This document shows positions 8,800 to 17,547 of a stretch of DNA of 58,184 nucleotides, one piece after another (the first letter of the stretch is position 1; every line of letters starts with the position of its first letter). The notes below the pieces were generated by a model. The model made no database searches, had not been told where the DNA came from, and was given only the letters and a program-made list of their open reading frames with translations. Source of the stretch: Verrucomicrobiota bacterium (lineage in GTDB: Bacteria > Verrucomicrobiota > Verrucomicrobiia > Palsa-1439); NCBI GenBank assembly GCA_037146675.1, contig JBAWWR010000002.1, positions 1 through 58,184 on the forward strand, read 5' to 3'. Position numbers and translations under genes: made by a program.

Positions 8800-10713
8800 A
8801 TGAATCTCAACGCCCATATTCCGGACGGCCCGCTCTCGCAGAAGTGGGATAAGTTCCGCCGTAACGCTAAACTCGTTAATCCCGCTAACAAACGGAAGTA
8901 CGACATTATCGTGGTCGGCACCGGCTTGGCTGGTGCCTCGGCAGCAGCAACCTTTGGCGAACTCGGCTACAATGTAAAATCATTCTGCATTCAAGATAGC
9001 CCGCGCCGGGCGCACAGCGTTGCCGCACAGGGCGGAATTAATGCCGCCAAGAATTACCAGAACGATGGCGACAGCGTATACCGGCTGTTCTACGACACGA
9101 TCAAAGGCGGCGACTTCCGTGCCCGCGAGGGAAATGTCTACCGGCTCGCACAAGTTAGTGTGGATATCATTGATCACTGCGTTGCCCAAGGTGTGCCGTT
9201 TGCCCGCGAATATTCCGGCTATCTGACCAACCGGAGTTTCGGTGGTGCGCAGGTGTCGCGAACGTTTTACGCACGCGGTCAGACCGGCCAACAACTGTTG
9301 CTCGGCGCGTACCAGTCGTTGATGCGGCAAGTCAGTCTCGGGACAGTGAATCTGTTCCCACGCACTGAAATGCTCGATCTAGTGGTCGTTGATGGCCACG
9401 CCAAAGGGATTGTCACGCGCAATTTGATTACCGGTAAGATTGAAAGTCATGCCGGCGATGCGGTGGTGTTGGCGACCGGCGGTTACGGCAATACTTGGTA
9501 TCTTTCGACGTACGGCCGCGGCTCGAACGCCACGGCCATCTGGCGGGCGCACAAGAAGGGTGCCTGTTTTGCTAACCCGTGTTATGCCCAGATTCATCCA
9601 ACCTGCATTCCGGTCAGTGGCGATTACCAGAGCAAGCTCACGTTGATGAGCGAATCGCTGCGCAATGATGGCCGGGTTTGGGTGCCGAAGAAGCAAGGCG
9701 ACAAGCGCGCTCCCGGCGAGATACCGGAAGACGATCGCGATTATTATTTAGAACGCAAATATCCGAGCTATGGCAACCTTGCGCCACGCGACATTTCTTC
9801 GCGGGCCGCCAAGCAAGTGTGTGATGAAGGTCGCGGTGTCGGCGAGAGCGGATTGGGTGTTTATCTAGATTTCTCGGCAGCGATTCAACGGCTCGGTGAG
9901 GCGAAGATTGCGGAACGGTATGGAAACCTGTTCGATATGTACCATGAGATTACCGGCGAGAGCGCTTACAAGGTGCCGATGCGCATCTTCCCGGCGATTC
10001 ACTACACGATGGGTGGGTTGTGGGTGGACTACAATTTGATGAGCAACGTGCCGGGGTTGTTTGTGGCCGGCGAAGCGAACTTCTCGGATCACGGCGCAAA
10101 TCGCCTTGGTGCCAGCGCGTTGATGCAAGGTTTGGCCGATGGTTATTTCGTGCTCCCTTACACCATTGGCGATTATCTGGCCGGCCAGAAACCCGGCAGC
10201 CGTCCGAAGACCGACGCCAGCGAGTTTAAGCAGTCCGAGAAAGAAGTGAATGACCGGTTGCAAAAGTTGCTGACGATTCGTGGCAAACGCACGGTCACAG
10301 AATTCCACAAACATCTCGGCAAGATCATGTGGGATCATTGTGGTATGGCGCGGAACGAAGCTGGATTGAAGAAAGCGCTCCAGTTGATTCCAGAGCTGCG
10401 GGAAGAATTTTGGAAGGATGTCAATGTGCCCGGCGAGGGCGGCGACTTGAATCAGTCGCTCGAACGCGCCGGCCGCGTTGCGGATTATTTTGAATTGGCG
10501 GAGTTGATTGTGCGCGATGCGTTGACACGCGATGAGTCTTGCGGTGGTCACTTTCGGGAAGAGCACCAAGAAGAGGGTGAGTGCAAGCGCAATGACGAGC
10601 AGTTCGCCTACGTCGCCGCGTGGGAACACAAAGGCGTGGGCCAAGTGCCGGTTCTGCACAAAGAGCCGCTCACGTACGAGGAGCTTCACCTCGCCACGAG
10701 GAGCTACAAGTAA
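8800..10713 (+). CDS. sdhA: succinate dehydrogenase/fumarate reductase flavoprotein subunit
   Basis: Contains [12 protein letters not shown] (FAD Rossmann motif), [12 protein letters not shown] (covalent-FAD His region) and HYTMGG, at a typical length of 637 aa. Confidence 0.95.
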   Translation: MNLNAHIPDGPLSQKWDKFRRNAKLVNPANKRKYDIIVVGTGLAGASAAATFGELGYNVKSFCIQDSPRRAHSVAAQGGINAAKNYQNDGDSVYRLFYDTIKGGDFRAREGNVYRLAQVSVDIIDHCVAQGVPFAREYSGYLTNRSFGGAQVSRTFYARGQTGQQLLLGAYQSLMRQVSLGTVNLFPRTEMLDLVVVDGHAKGIVTRNLITGKIESHAGDAVVLATGGYGNTWYLSTYGRGSNATAIWRAHKKGACFANPCYAQIHPTCIPVSGDYQSKLTLMSESLRNDGRVWVPKKQGDKRAPGEIPEDDRDYYLERKYPSYGNLAPRDISSRAAKQVCDEGRGVGESGLGVYLDFSAAIQRLGEAKIAERYGNLFDMYHEITGESAYKVPMRIFPAIHYTMGGLWVDYNLMSNVPGLFVAGEANFSDHGANRLGASALMQGLADGYFVLPYTIGDYLAGQKPGSRPKTDASEFKQSEKEVNDRLQKLLTIRGKRTVTEFHKHLGKIMWDHCGMARNEAGLKKALQLIPELREEFWKDVNVPGEGGDLNQSLERAGRVADYFELAELIVRDALTRDESCGGHFREEHQEEGECKRNDEQFAYVAAWEHKGVGQVPVLHKEPLTYEELHLATRSYK

Positions 10714-11483
10714 TGAACGTCAAACTACGTGTCTGGCGTCAGGACGGACCGGATACTCCCGGCAAGTTCGTTAAGTATGACGCCCACGGCTTGAATTCGA
10801 ACATGTCGTTTCTCGAGGTGCTCGACACCGTGAATGAAGACATCACGAAGCGTGGCGAGGAGCCGATTGCGTTCGATCACGATTGCCGGGAAGGCATTTG
10901 CGGGATGTGCTCCTGCGTCATTAACGGCGAAGCGCACGGGCCGGAGAAAAAAGTCGCCACCTGCCAGACGTACATGCGCAGCTTTCAGGATGGTGAAACA
11001 ATCACCATCGAACCGTTCCGCGCGAAAGCCTTTCCGCTCATCAAAGATTTGATCGTCAACCGCAGTTCTTTTGACCGAATCATTCAAGCCGGTGGTTTTG
11101 TTTCCACCAGTGCCGGCAGCGCTCCCGATGGCAACGCCATCCCGGTGCCGAAGCAACAAGCCGACGCCGCGATGGACGCCGCCGCCTGCATCGGTTGCGG
11201 TGCGTGTGTGGCCGCCTGCAAAAACGCTAGCGCGATGTTGTTTGTCTCCGCCAAGGTTTCGCATCTCAATCTCTTGCCACAAGGCAAACCGGAAAAAGAG
11301 CAGCGCGTCCTCAACATGGTGGAACAGATGGACAAGGAAGGCTTTGGCGCCTGCACCGTGACCGGTTCGTGCGAAGCTGTCTGCCCGAAAGGCATCAGTC
11401 TTAACTTCATCGCCAAGATGAATCGCGATTACTTTGGTGCCCTATTGCGCGGTAGTCCGAAGGCCACTGCGGAATCCGCGTAG
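10713..11483 (+). CDS. sdhB: succinate dehydrogenase/fumarate reductase iron-sulfur subunit
   Basis: [12 protein letters not shown]..., with Cys clusters [21 protein letters not shown] and [17 protein letters not shown] at 10713 overlaps the sdhA stop (TAATG). The track start at 10620 lies inside sdhA. Confidence 0.9.
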   Translation: MNVKLRVWRQDGPDTPGKFVKYDAHGLNSNMSFLEVLDTVNEDITKRGEEPIAFDHDCREGICGMCSCVINGEAHGPEKKVATCQTYMRSFQDGETITIEPFRAKAFPLIKDLIVNRSSFDRIIQAGGFVSTSAGSAPDGNAIPVPKQQADAAMDAAACIGCGACVAACKNASAMLFVSAKVSHLNLLPQGKPEKEQRVLNMVEQMDKEGFGACTVTGSCEAVCPKGISLNFIAKMNRDYFGALLRGSPKATAESA

Positions 11484-11548
11484 CCTTGATTCTTGGTTAG
11501 GACAGGTCGCTTGCTCCGTGGTTGGGCTTTTGCTAGCATCACCGGCAG

Positions 11549-12232
11549 ATGAGCATATCTTCCACATCGGCAATCGTCTTGGCCGCCGGCCGCTCGACGC
11601 GCATGGGCGGCGGACCGAATAAACAATTCATTGAACTCTCCGGTAAACCGCTCATCTGGTACTCGCTGGCCGCCTTCGAGCAATGCCGGGCCGTTACCGA
11701 AATCATCATCGTCAGTCGTCCGGAATACGCCGCCGAAGCGCAGCGCATTGCCGGTGCGTTCAAGAAAGTCACCGCGATTGTAGAGGGTGGCGTTGAGCGG
11801 CAAAATTCAGTGTGGAACGGTTTGGAGAAAGTGACCGGTGAAATTGTCGCCGTCCACGACGGTGCCCGACCACTCGTTACCACGGCTTTGATTGAGGCCA
11901 CGATTGAGAGTGCTCGGCAACACGGCACCGGCATCGCTGCCACGAAGGTAGTGGACACAATCAAGGAATCCGCGCCGGATAAGACTGTCCTGCGCACCGT
12001 GGACCGGACCAAACTCTGGGCCGTCCAAACGCCGCAGACCGTCCGCACCGAATTGCTCCGGCAAGCCTATGGGAAGGTTTTAGGGCAGGGGATCATCGTC
12101 ACCGACGAAGCCGCCGCCGTCGAATTGCTTGGCCAACCTGTTCATTTGGTCGAGACGCCGTTTCTTAATCTCAAGGTGACTACGCCTGACAACTTGCCGG
12201 TAGTCGAAGCCTTGCTGCAGGCGCGCCGTTAA
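11549..12232 (+). CDS. ispD: 2-C-methyl-D-erythritol 4-phosphate cytidylyltransferase
   Basis: AIVLAAGRSTRMG...NKQF has the IspD N-terminal signature. Also contains VHDGARP and TPQ motifs. Confidence 0.9.
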   Translation: MSISSTSAIVLAAGRSTRMGGGPNKQFIELSGKPLIWYSLAAFEQCRAVTEIIIVSRPEYAAEAQRIAGAFKKVTAIVEGGVERQNSVWNGLEKVTGEIVAVHDGARPLVTTALIEATIESARQHGTGIAATKVVDTIKESAPDKTVLRTVDRTKLWAVQTPQTVRTELLRQAYGKVLGQGIIVTDEAAAVELLGQPVHLVETPFLNLKVTTPDNLPVVEALLQARR

Positions 12233-12281
12233 CGGCGGAAATATTCTCGCGGTAATAACTGGTCTTGCTATAGTGCGGATT

Positions 12282-12755
12282 ATGAATCGCGTTGGCATTG
12301 GTATTGATGTCCATAAATTTGCGCCGGACCGGAAGTGTATCATCGGCGGCGTCCACATTCCGCATTCGGTCGGGCTGCTTGGCCACAGCGATGCCGACGT
12401 GTTGGCGCACGCCATTGCTGATGCGTTGCTCGGCGCGGTGGCGCTCGGCGATATTGGCAAATTCTATCCCGACACCGACAAAAAGTGGAAGGACATGGAC
12501 AGCATGATTATCCTCCGCGACGTGGCGGCAAAATACCGGGAACTTAAGGTGACGATCAACAACATTGACGCCGCCGTGATTGCCGAAGCGCCAAAGCTTT
12601 CGCCGCATATTCCGCAGATGCAGGCAATCATGGCCGGCCATCTCGGGGTGCGCCCTGATCAGATCGGCATCAAGGCAACGACGAGCGAGTTGATGGGCTT
12701 TACCGGCCGCAAAGAAGGCGTGGTCGCCATCGCGATGGTCAGCGTGGAGATTTAA
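12282..12755 (+). CDS. ispF: 2-C-methyl-D-erythritol 2,4-cyclodiphosphate synthase
   Basis: Contains GIGIDVHKF and GHSDADVLAHA motifs. ATG at 12282 is preferred to the in-frame GTG at 12273. Confidence 0.9.
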   Translation: MNRVGIGIDVHKFAPDRKCIIGGVHIPHSVGLLGHSDADVLAHAIADALLGAVALGDIGKFYPDTDKKWKDMDSMIILRDVAAKYRELKVTINNIDAAVIAEAPKLSPHIPQMQAIMAGHLGVRPDQIGIKATTSELMGFTGRKEGVVAIAMVSVEI

Positions 12756-14131
12756 TGGCGCTCCAGTTCTTCAACACACTCAGCCGCTGCAAAGAAGATT
12801 TCGTGCCGCTCGATCCTGCCGGCAAGAAAGTCGGCCTCTATACCTGCGGTCCGACCGTTTACAACTTCGCCCACATTGGGAACCTGCGGGCGTTCATGTT
12901 CGAGGACTTGCTGCGCCGGTATCTCGAATACAAAGGCTACGCCGTCACCCACGTCATGAATATCACCGACGTGGAAGACAAGATTATCCGGACCGTCCGT
13001 GAGACCGGTAAGTCGCTCCACGAAATCACCGATTTTTACACGCAGGAATTCTTCCGCGACCTCGACACGCTCAATGTTCGGCGGGCCCATGTCGTGCCGC
13101 GAGCCACCGACACTATTACCGGAATGATCAAGTTGATTGCGGAGCTGATTGACAAGAAACATGCCTACGTCGGCGAGGACGGCTCAGTTTATTTTTCGAT
13201 TCAATCCTTCCCAGCCTATGGCAAGCTGGCGCACCTCGACTTGGAAAACCTGCAGCACGGTGCGCGTGTCAAACACGACGAGTACGCCAAGGAATCCGTC
13301 GCCGACTTCGCGCTCTGGAAAGCGTGGGTTGAAACCGATGGCGCGGTGAAATGGGATTCGCCGTGGGGCCCCGGTCGGCCCGGCTGGCATATCGAGTGCA
13401 GCGTGATGAGCATGGCGCATTTGGGACCGAGCTTTGACATCCATTGCGGCGGTGAAGACCTTGTCTTCCCGCATCACGAGGACGAAATCGCCCAGAGCGA
13501 AGCCGCCACCGGCAAGCAGTTCGTCAAATACTGGCTGCACAACGCCCATCTGCTTGTTGAAGGCAAAAAGATGAGCAAGTCTGCCGGTAACTTCTTCACG
13601 CTCCGCGATCTGCTAGCCAAGGGCTGGACCGGTCGCGAGATTCGTTTCCTGTTGCTCTCCTGCCATTACCGTGACCCGCTCAACTTCACGATGGACGGCT
13701 TGGCCGGCGCGCGCTCGGCATTGCAGCGCATGGATGAATTTCTGTTGAAGATGCAGGAGCTAGCCGGGGTAACTCAAGCGCCGGTTACTAATCTCCAATT
13801 CCAATTGGAATCCGCTCTCGATGACGACCTCAATATCAGCGGCGCGTTCGGCGCAATTTTTGAATTTATCCGCGACGGCAATAAGCGCGAGGTCACACCG
13901 GCGGAAGCGGCAAGCATTGTTGCTACTTGGCGGCAACTCGATCAGATTCTCGGTTTCGGTCTGCCGGTGAAGTCGGCGGTGCCGGCGGAAGTTCAAGCGC
14001 TGGTCGAGGAGCGGCAGGCGGCGCGGAAGGCCAAAAACTTCAAGCGGTCCGACGAGATTCGGGATCAGCTCAAGTCGCAAGGTTGGGTCATCGAAGACAC
14101 GCCGACCGGCGCGCGGGCGAAACGCTCTTAG
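12755..14131 (+). CDS. cysS: cysteine--tRNA ligase
   Basis: Contains [13 protein letters not shown] (HIGH region), KMSKS, and Zn-site Cys/His residues. The start overlaps the ispF stop. Confidence 0.95.
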   Translation: MALQFFNTLSRCKEDFVPLDPAGKKVGLYTCGPTVYNFAHIGNLRAFMFEDLLRRYLEYKGYAVTHVMNITDVEDKIIRTVRETGKSLHEITDFYTQEFFRDLDTLNVRRAHVVPRATDTITGMIKLIAELIDKKHAYVGEDGSVYFSIQSFPAYGKLAHLDLENLQHGARVKHDEYAKESVADFALWKAWVETDGAVKWDSPWGPGRPGWHIECSVMSMAHLGPSFDIHCGGEDLVFPHHEDEIAQSEAATGKQFVKYWLHNAHLLVEGKKMSKSAGNFFTLRDLLAKGWTGREIRFLLLSCHYRDPLNFTMDGLAGARSALQRMDEFLLKMQELAGVTQAPVTNLQFQLESALDDDLNISGAFGAIFEFIRDGNKREVTPAEAASIVATWRQLDQILGFGLPVKSAVPAEVQALVEERQAARKAKNFKRSDEIRDQLKSQGWVIEDTPTGARAKRS

Positions 14132-14916
14132 CGTGATCGTTCGCTGAAGAACAGATATTGCTGCGCCCAACCGGCGTACGGGCCGAAATGGTCGAGAACC
14201 TGCCGGCGTGTGATTTTCTTGCCGCGCCAACCCAGTCGGTGCAGCGCGCGTTGCATCCAGACATCCACCGGGAACGCTTGGTCGAACCCGAGCGAAAACA
14301 GCAGCGTGCAGTTGGCAATCTTTTCGCCGACGCCGTGAATTTTGGTCAGCTCCTCCAGTGCTCGTTCGTATTCCAGCGCCGGTAACTTATTCAGACGGAG
14401 TTCGTCGCGGTCAACCATTCGCGCTGCTGCCAGCAAATACTCGGCACGAAAGCCGAGTTTGCAGGCGCGAAGCTGCGGTAGTGTCGCGCCGGCAATGGTT
14501 GCGGCGTCGGGAAAAGAAAAAGCATCGTTGCCGAGCGGCTGGCCGAAGCGGCGTGCCAGATTTTCGACGATTTGACGGATCTGAACAATTTGCTTGGTAG
14601 AACTGGCGATGAACGAGGCGAGTGTTTCCCACGGTTCTTGCCGAAGTACGCGGACGCCCCAATGCTGCCGGACCGCCTGTTGCAAAACGTCGTCGTCGGG
14701 GAAGGTGGCCACAATGTCGAGGAGCGAGACATCCAGCCCGAGATAGTGCGGGTCAATATCGCCTTCCAACAGCTTGCCGGTTTGACGGAGCCGGCACACG
14801 CGTTGGCCGACGACGCCGGTAAACCAGCCGTCCGTGCCGGCGCTCCACCGAAACGCCTGTCCACACATCAGGCTAGCGGCGAGATCGAAATCAGAAACGT
14901 TGATTCGTTTGGGCAT
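14128..14916 (-). CDS. ogg: OGG1-type 8-oxoguanine DNA glycosylase/lyase (HhH-GPD)
   Basis: Contains MCGQAFRW and an HhH motif with the catalytic Lys (IHGVGEKIANC), followed by FPVDVW (catalytic Asp). ATG at 14916 (MPKRINV...) is preferred to 14955, which would overlap the divergent mpl start region. Confidence 0.8.
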   Translation of the reverse strand: MPKRINVSDFDLAASLMCGQAFRWSAGTDGWFTGVVGQRVCRLRQTGKLLEGDIDPHYLGLDVSLLDIVATFPDDDVLQQAVRQHWGVRVLRQEPWETLASFIASSTKQIVQIRQIVENLARRFGQPLGNDAFSFPDAATIAGATLPQLRACKLGFRAEYLLAAARMVDRDELRLNKLPALEYERALEELTKIHGVGEKIANCTLLFSLGFDQAFPVDVWMQRALHRLGWRGKKITRRQVLDHFGPYAGWAQQYLFFSERSR

Positions 14917-14935
14917 TTCTGTTACGAGAATAGCC

Positions 14936-16273
14936 ATGCTGACCAAGGAGGTCAAATCCGTTCACTTCGTCGGAATCTGCGGCACCGCGATGGCGTCCGT
15001 TGCTGTGTTGTGCCGGGACGTCGGTTACACCGTGACCGGCAGCGATGAGAATGTCTATCCGCCGATGTCCACGTTTCTCGAGTCGCGCGGCATCCGCATC
15101 CTCCAAGGTTATCAGGCAACAAATCTCGACCACCGGCCCGAGCTGATTGTCATCGGCAACGCGCTAAAACGCGGTACGCCGGAAGTCGAGCGCGCTTGGG
15201 ACGAGCGCCTGAACTGCTGTTCGTTGCCGGAACTGGTCCGGGAGTTTTTCATCCGCGGTAAACACTCGGTGGTGATTGCCGGTACGCACGGCAAGACCAC
15301 GACCACGTCGCTATTGGCGTGGGTGTTGGAATCGGCCGGCCAGGCGCCGGCGTTTCTCATTGGTGGCATCCCGACTAATTTTGGTGCCGGCGCGCGGCTC
15401 GGGACCGGCGCGCATTTCGTCATTGAAGGCGACGAATACGACACGGCGTTCTTCGACAAGCGGAGCAAGTTCGTCCACTACTTGCCGGACACTGTGATCT
15501 TGAACAATATCGAGTTTGACCATGCCGACATTTTTGCGGATCTTGCGGCAGTCAAACGCTCGTTCCGGCAATTGGTCGCGGTCGTGCCACGACGCGGGTT
15601 GATCATTGCCAATGGCGACGATGCGAATGTGCGGGAGGTGGTGGCCGGCGCACAGTGCCGGGTCCGGTATTTCGGGTTGCCAGATTTTGCGGGTTACCGT
15701 CTGCCGCTGGCTGGCGAACACAATCAGCGCAACGCGGCAGCGGCGGCGGTTTGCGCGAGCGAGTTGGGCTTGAGCCGGGAACAGATTCAAACCGGCTTTG
15801 ACAGTTTTACCGGCATCAAGCGGCGGATGGAAGTGCGTGGTGAAGTCGCTGGTGTGACGGTAATCGACGATTTCGCGCATCATCCGACGGCGTTGGTGGA
15901 GACGCTTCGCGCGATTCGGGCGAAGTATCCGGGGCAGCGTGTCTGGGCGTTATTCGAGCCGCGCAGCAATACGACGCGACGGAATGTTTTTCAGCGGGAA
16001 CTGGCGGAAGCGCTGGCGTTGGCCGATGGCGTGTTCATCACCCGCGTGGATCGGTTGAATGAGTTACCGGAAGGGGAACGCTTGAATCCGGAGCAAGTCG
16101 TGGCGGCGATTCGGGGGCGCGGAATTCCGTCTGAATATTCGGCGAACGCGGAGGCGATTCTCGCGGCGTTGGTGCCACAGTTGCGGCCCGGCGACGTGGT
16201 GGCGGTGTTTTCCAACGGAAAATTTGACGGCATCCACGACAAGTTGTTGGCTCGATTGCGTCAATCATCTTGA
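14936..16273 (+). CDS. mpl: UDP-N-acetylmuramate:L-alanyl-gamma-D-glutamyl-meso-diaminopimelate ligase (murein peptide ligase)
   Basis: VHFVGICGTAMASVA and GTHGKTTT (Mur ligase P-loop), with an Mpl-like length and C-terminus. ATG at 14936; the track start at 14834 adds an implausible leader. Confidence 0.9.
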   Translation: MLTKEVKSVHFVGICGTAMASVAVLCRDVGYTVTGSDENVYPPMSTFLESRGIRILQGYQATNLDHRPELIVIGNALKRGTPEVERAWDERLNCCSLPELVREFFIRGKHSVVIAGTHGKTTTTSLLAWVLESAGQAPAFLIGGIPTNFGAGARLGTGAHFVIEGDEYDTAFFDKRSKFVHYLPDTVILNNIEFDHADIFADLAAVKRSFRQLVAVVPRRGLIIANGDDANVREVVAGAQCRVRYFGLPDFAGYRLPLAGEHNQRNAAAAAVCASELGLSREQIQTGFDSFTGIKRRMEVRGEVAGVTVIDDFAHHPTALVETLRAIRAKYPGQRVWALFEPRSNTTRRNVFQRELAEALALADGVFITRVDRLNELPEGERLNPEQVVAAIRGRGIPSEYSANAEAILAALVPQLRPGDVVAVFSNGKFDGIHDKLLARLRQSS

Positions 16274-16306
16274 TTTCTACCGGTACGCCGCTATTCTGCG
16301 TGTGCT

Positions 16307-16382
16307 GGCCCCATCGTCTAGAGGCCTAGGACATCAGATTCTCAATCTGGGTACACGGGTTCGAATCCCGTTGGGGCTACCA
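16307..16382 (+). tRNA. tRNA-Glu (anticodon CUC), CCA encoded
   Basis: Folds by hand into a cloverleaf. Acceptor GGCCCCA/TGGGGCT (with G1:U72), D arm GTCT/GGAC, anticodon stem TCAGA/TCTGG with loop TTCTCAA (CTC), T arm ACGGG-TTCGAAT-CCCGT, discriminator A, then CCA. Confidence 0.9.
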
Positions 16383-16892
16383 TTCTTAAAGTGTGTTCTA
16401 AGCAATGTTTGCAAGGGTTGATAGGCCTTTGTCATCTATCTGCGGTTATCCAAAGTCGCCCAGACCACGCCTGATTTTAATCTAGTGGAAACGCCTGTGG
16501 TGGGGTCAGGCGCAGTCCTGTGAGTTTATTTTGGCGGAAATTGTGGTGGTCAGGTTGGGCGAGTGTGCGCACAGGGCGCGGCAATTCGGATCGAGTGGGT
16601 GGCGGCACGAGAAAAATGCGACGGCTAAACCGCTTCTCGACCGGTGCCAAGCAGCACGCGATGACGGCGAATTACCTCTGGGCAACGGCGATTTCACCAA
16701 CCTCCGGCCGGTCATTGCGGTTTTTCTCTAACTTGGAACGCCTCCCGCTGTCCGCGCCGCTCTCGGCTGCCGGCTGTGTCAATAGCGCGGCCCGGCATAG
16801 GACTATCGTCCGATAAGAAATTAGGTCTCTCACCTGATTGTCGCCTCGCGTGAAACTCGTATAGTTGCACCAGTGCGAGAGAGATGGTTTCG

Positions 16893-16976
16893 ATGGATAA
16901 CAACAGAATTATGCCCATTGTCGTGTTGCTGGTACTGCTGGCTGCCGGCACGGCGGTGATTTTGGCAACCTACTGA
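16893..16976 (+). CDS. possible 27-aa hydrophobic micro-protein (MDNNRIMPIVVLLVLLAAGTAVILATY)
   Basis: Below the ORF-track size cut-off. A purine-rich GAGAGAG lies about 9 nt upstream. It has a single predicted transmembrane helix, and its stop is 10 nt before the REC gene ATG (16987). There is no homology evidence. Confidence 0.25.
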   Translation: MDNNRIMPIVVLLVLLAAGTAVILATY

Positions 16977-16986
16977 CGGAGAACCA

Positions 16987-17547
16987 ATGACGGCACTCTT
17001 GGCAAAAAACTTAAACAGGATGCACGCCGCATTCGAGGCGCAAACGGTCGGCATCGCGGCAGTCACGCCCTTGCCGTCGGCGCACACCGTGCTGGTGATT
17101 GACGACGACGCGGTGCTGTTGGAGCTGATGTATTTGGTGCTCAGCGCGGCGGGATTCAACGTCCTGACGACCACGCGCGGGACGAAGGGATTGGAGATGT
17201 TGCAGCAGCTGGGCGACGTTGTGAAAGTGGTGTTGCTCGACTACCAGGCGCCGGTAATCAATGGCGCGCAGATGTTGGCCGGGATTCGGTGTTTGGCACC
17301 GGCGGCCAAGGTGTTGGGAGTTTCCGGTTGCGACCCGTACAATCTGCAGGCGGACTTTCGCGAAGGCGTGGACGGGTTGCTGGAAAAACCGTTCACCCGG
17401 TGCGCCCTGATCGAGGCGGTGTGGGCGCTCCTGCCGGCTGGCGGTCCCGCGCTGAATCGCGAGCACACTCTGGCACCGCGACAGCAGCCGGTGCACCTGC
17501 CGGTTGCGTTGTCCCGGCTGCAAAATATAGAGCGTGACATCGCGTGA
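16987..17547 (+). CDS. stand-alone receiver (REC/CheY-like) response regulator with a C-terminal tail
   Basis: VLVIDDD..., VVLLDYQAP (phospho-acceptor Asp) and LLEKPF (conserved Lys). It is a paralogue of the gene at 41365-41799; the LAPAAKVLGVSG block is identical in both. Confidence 0.8.
   Translation: MTALLAKNLNRMHAAFEAQTVGIAAVTPLPSAHTVLVIDDDAVLLELMYLVLSAAGFNVLTTTRGTKGLEMLQQLGDVVKVVLLDYQAPVINGAQMLAGIRCLAPAAKVLGVSGCDPYNLQADFREGVDGLLEKPFTRCALIEAVWALLPAGGPALNREHTLAPRQQPVHLPVALSRLQNIERDIA

Noticed and set aside
16383-16892. Housekeeping ncRNAs (RNase P RNA, tmRNA, SRP RNA, 6S RNA) next to the tRNA.
   Set aside because: The diagnostic strings I know are not present. These include the RNase P GAGGAAAGUCC region, the tmRNA tRNA-like ends with a tag ORF, and the SRP GGAAGCAGCC-type domain IV.
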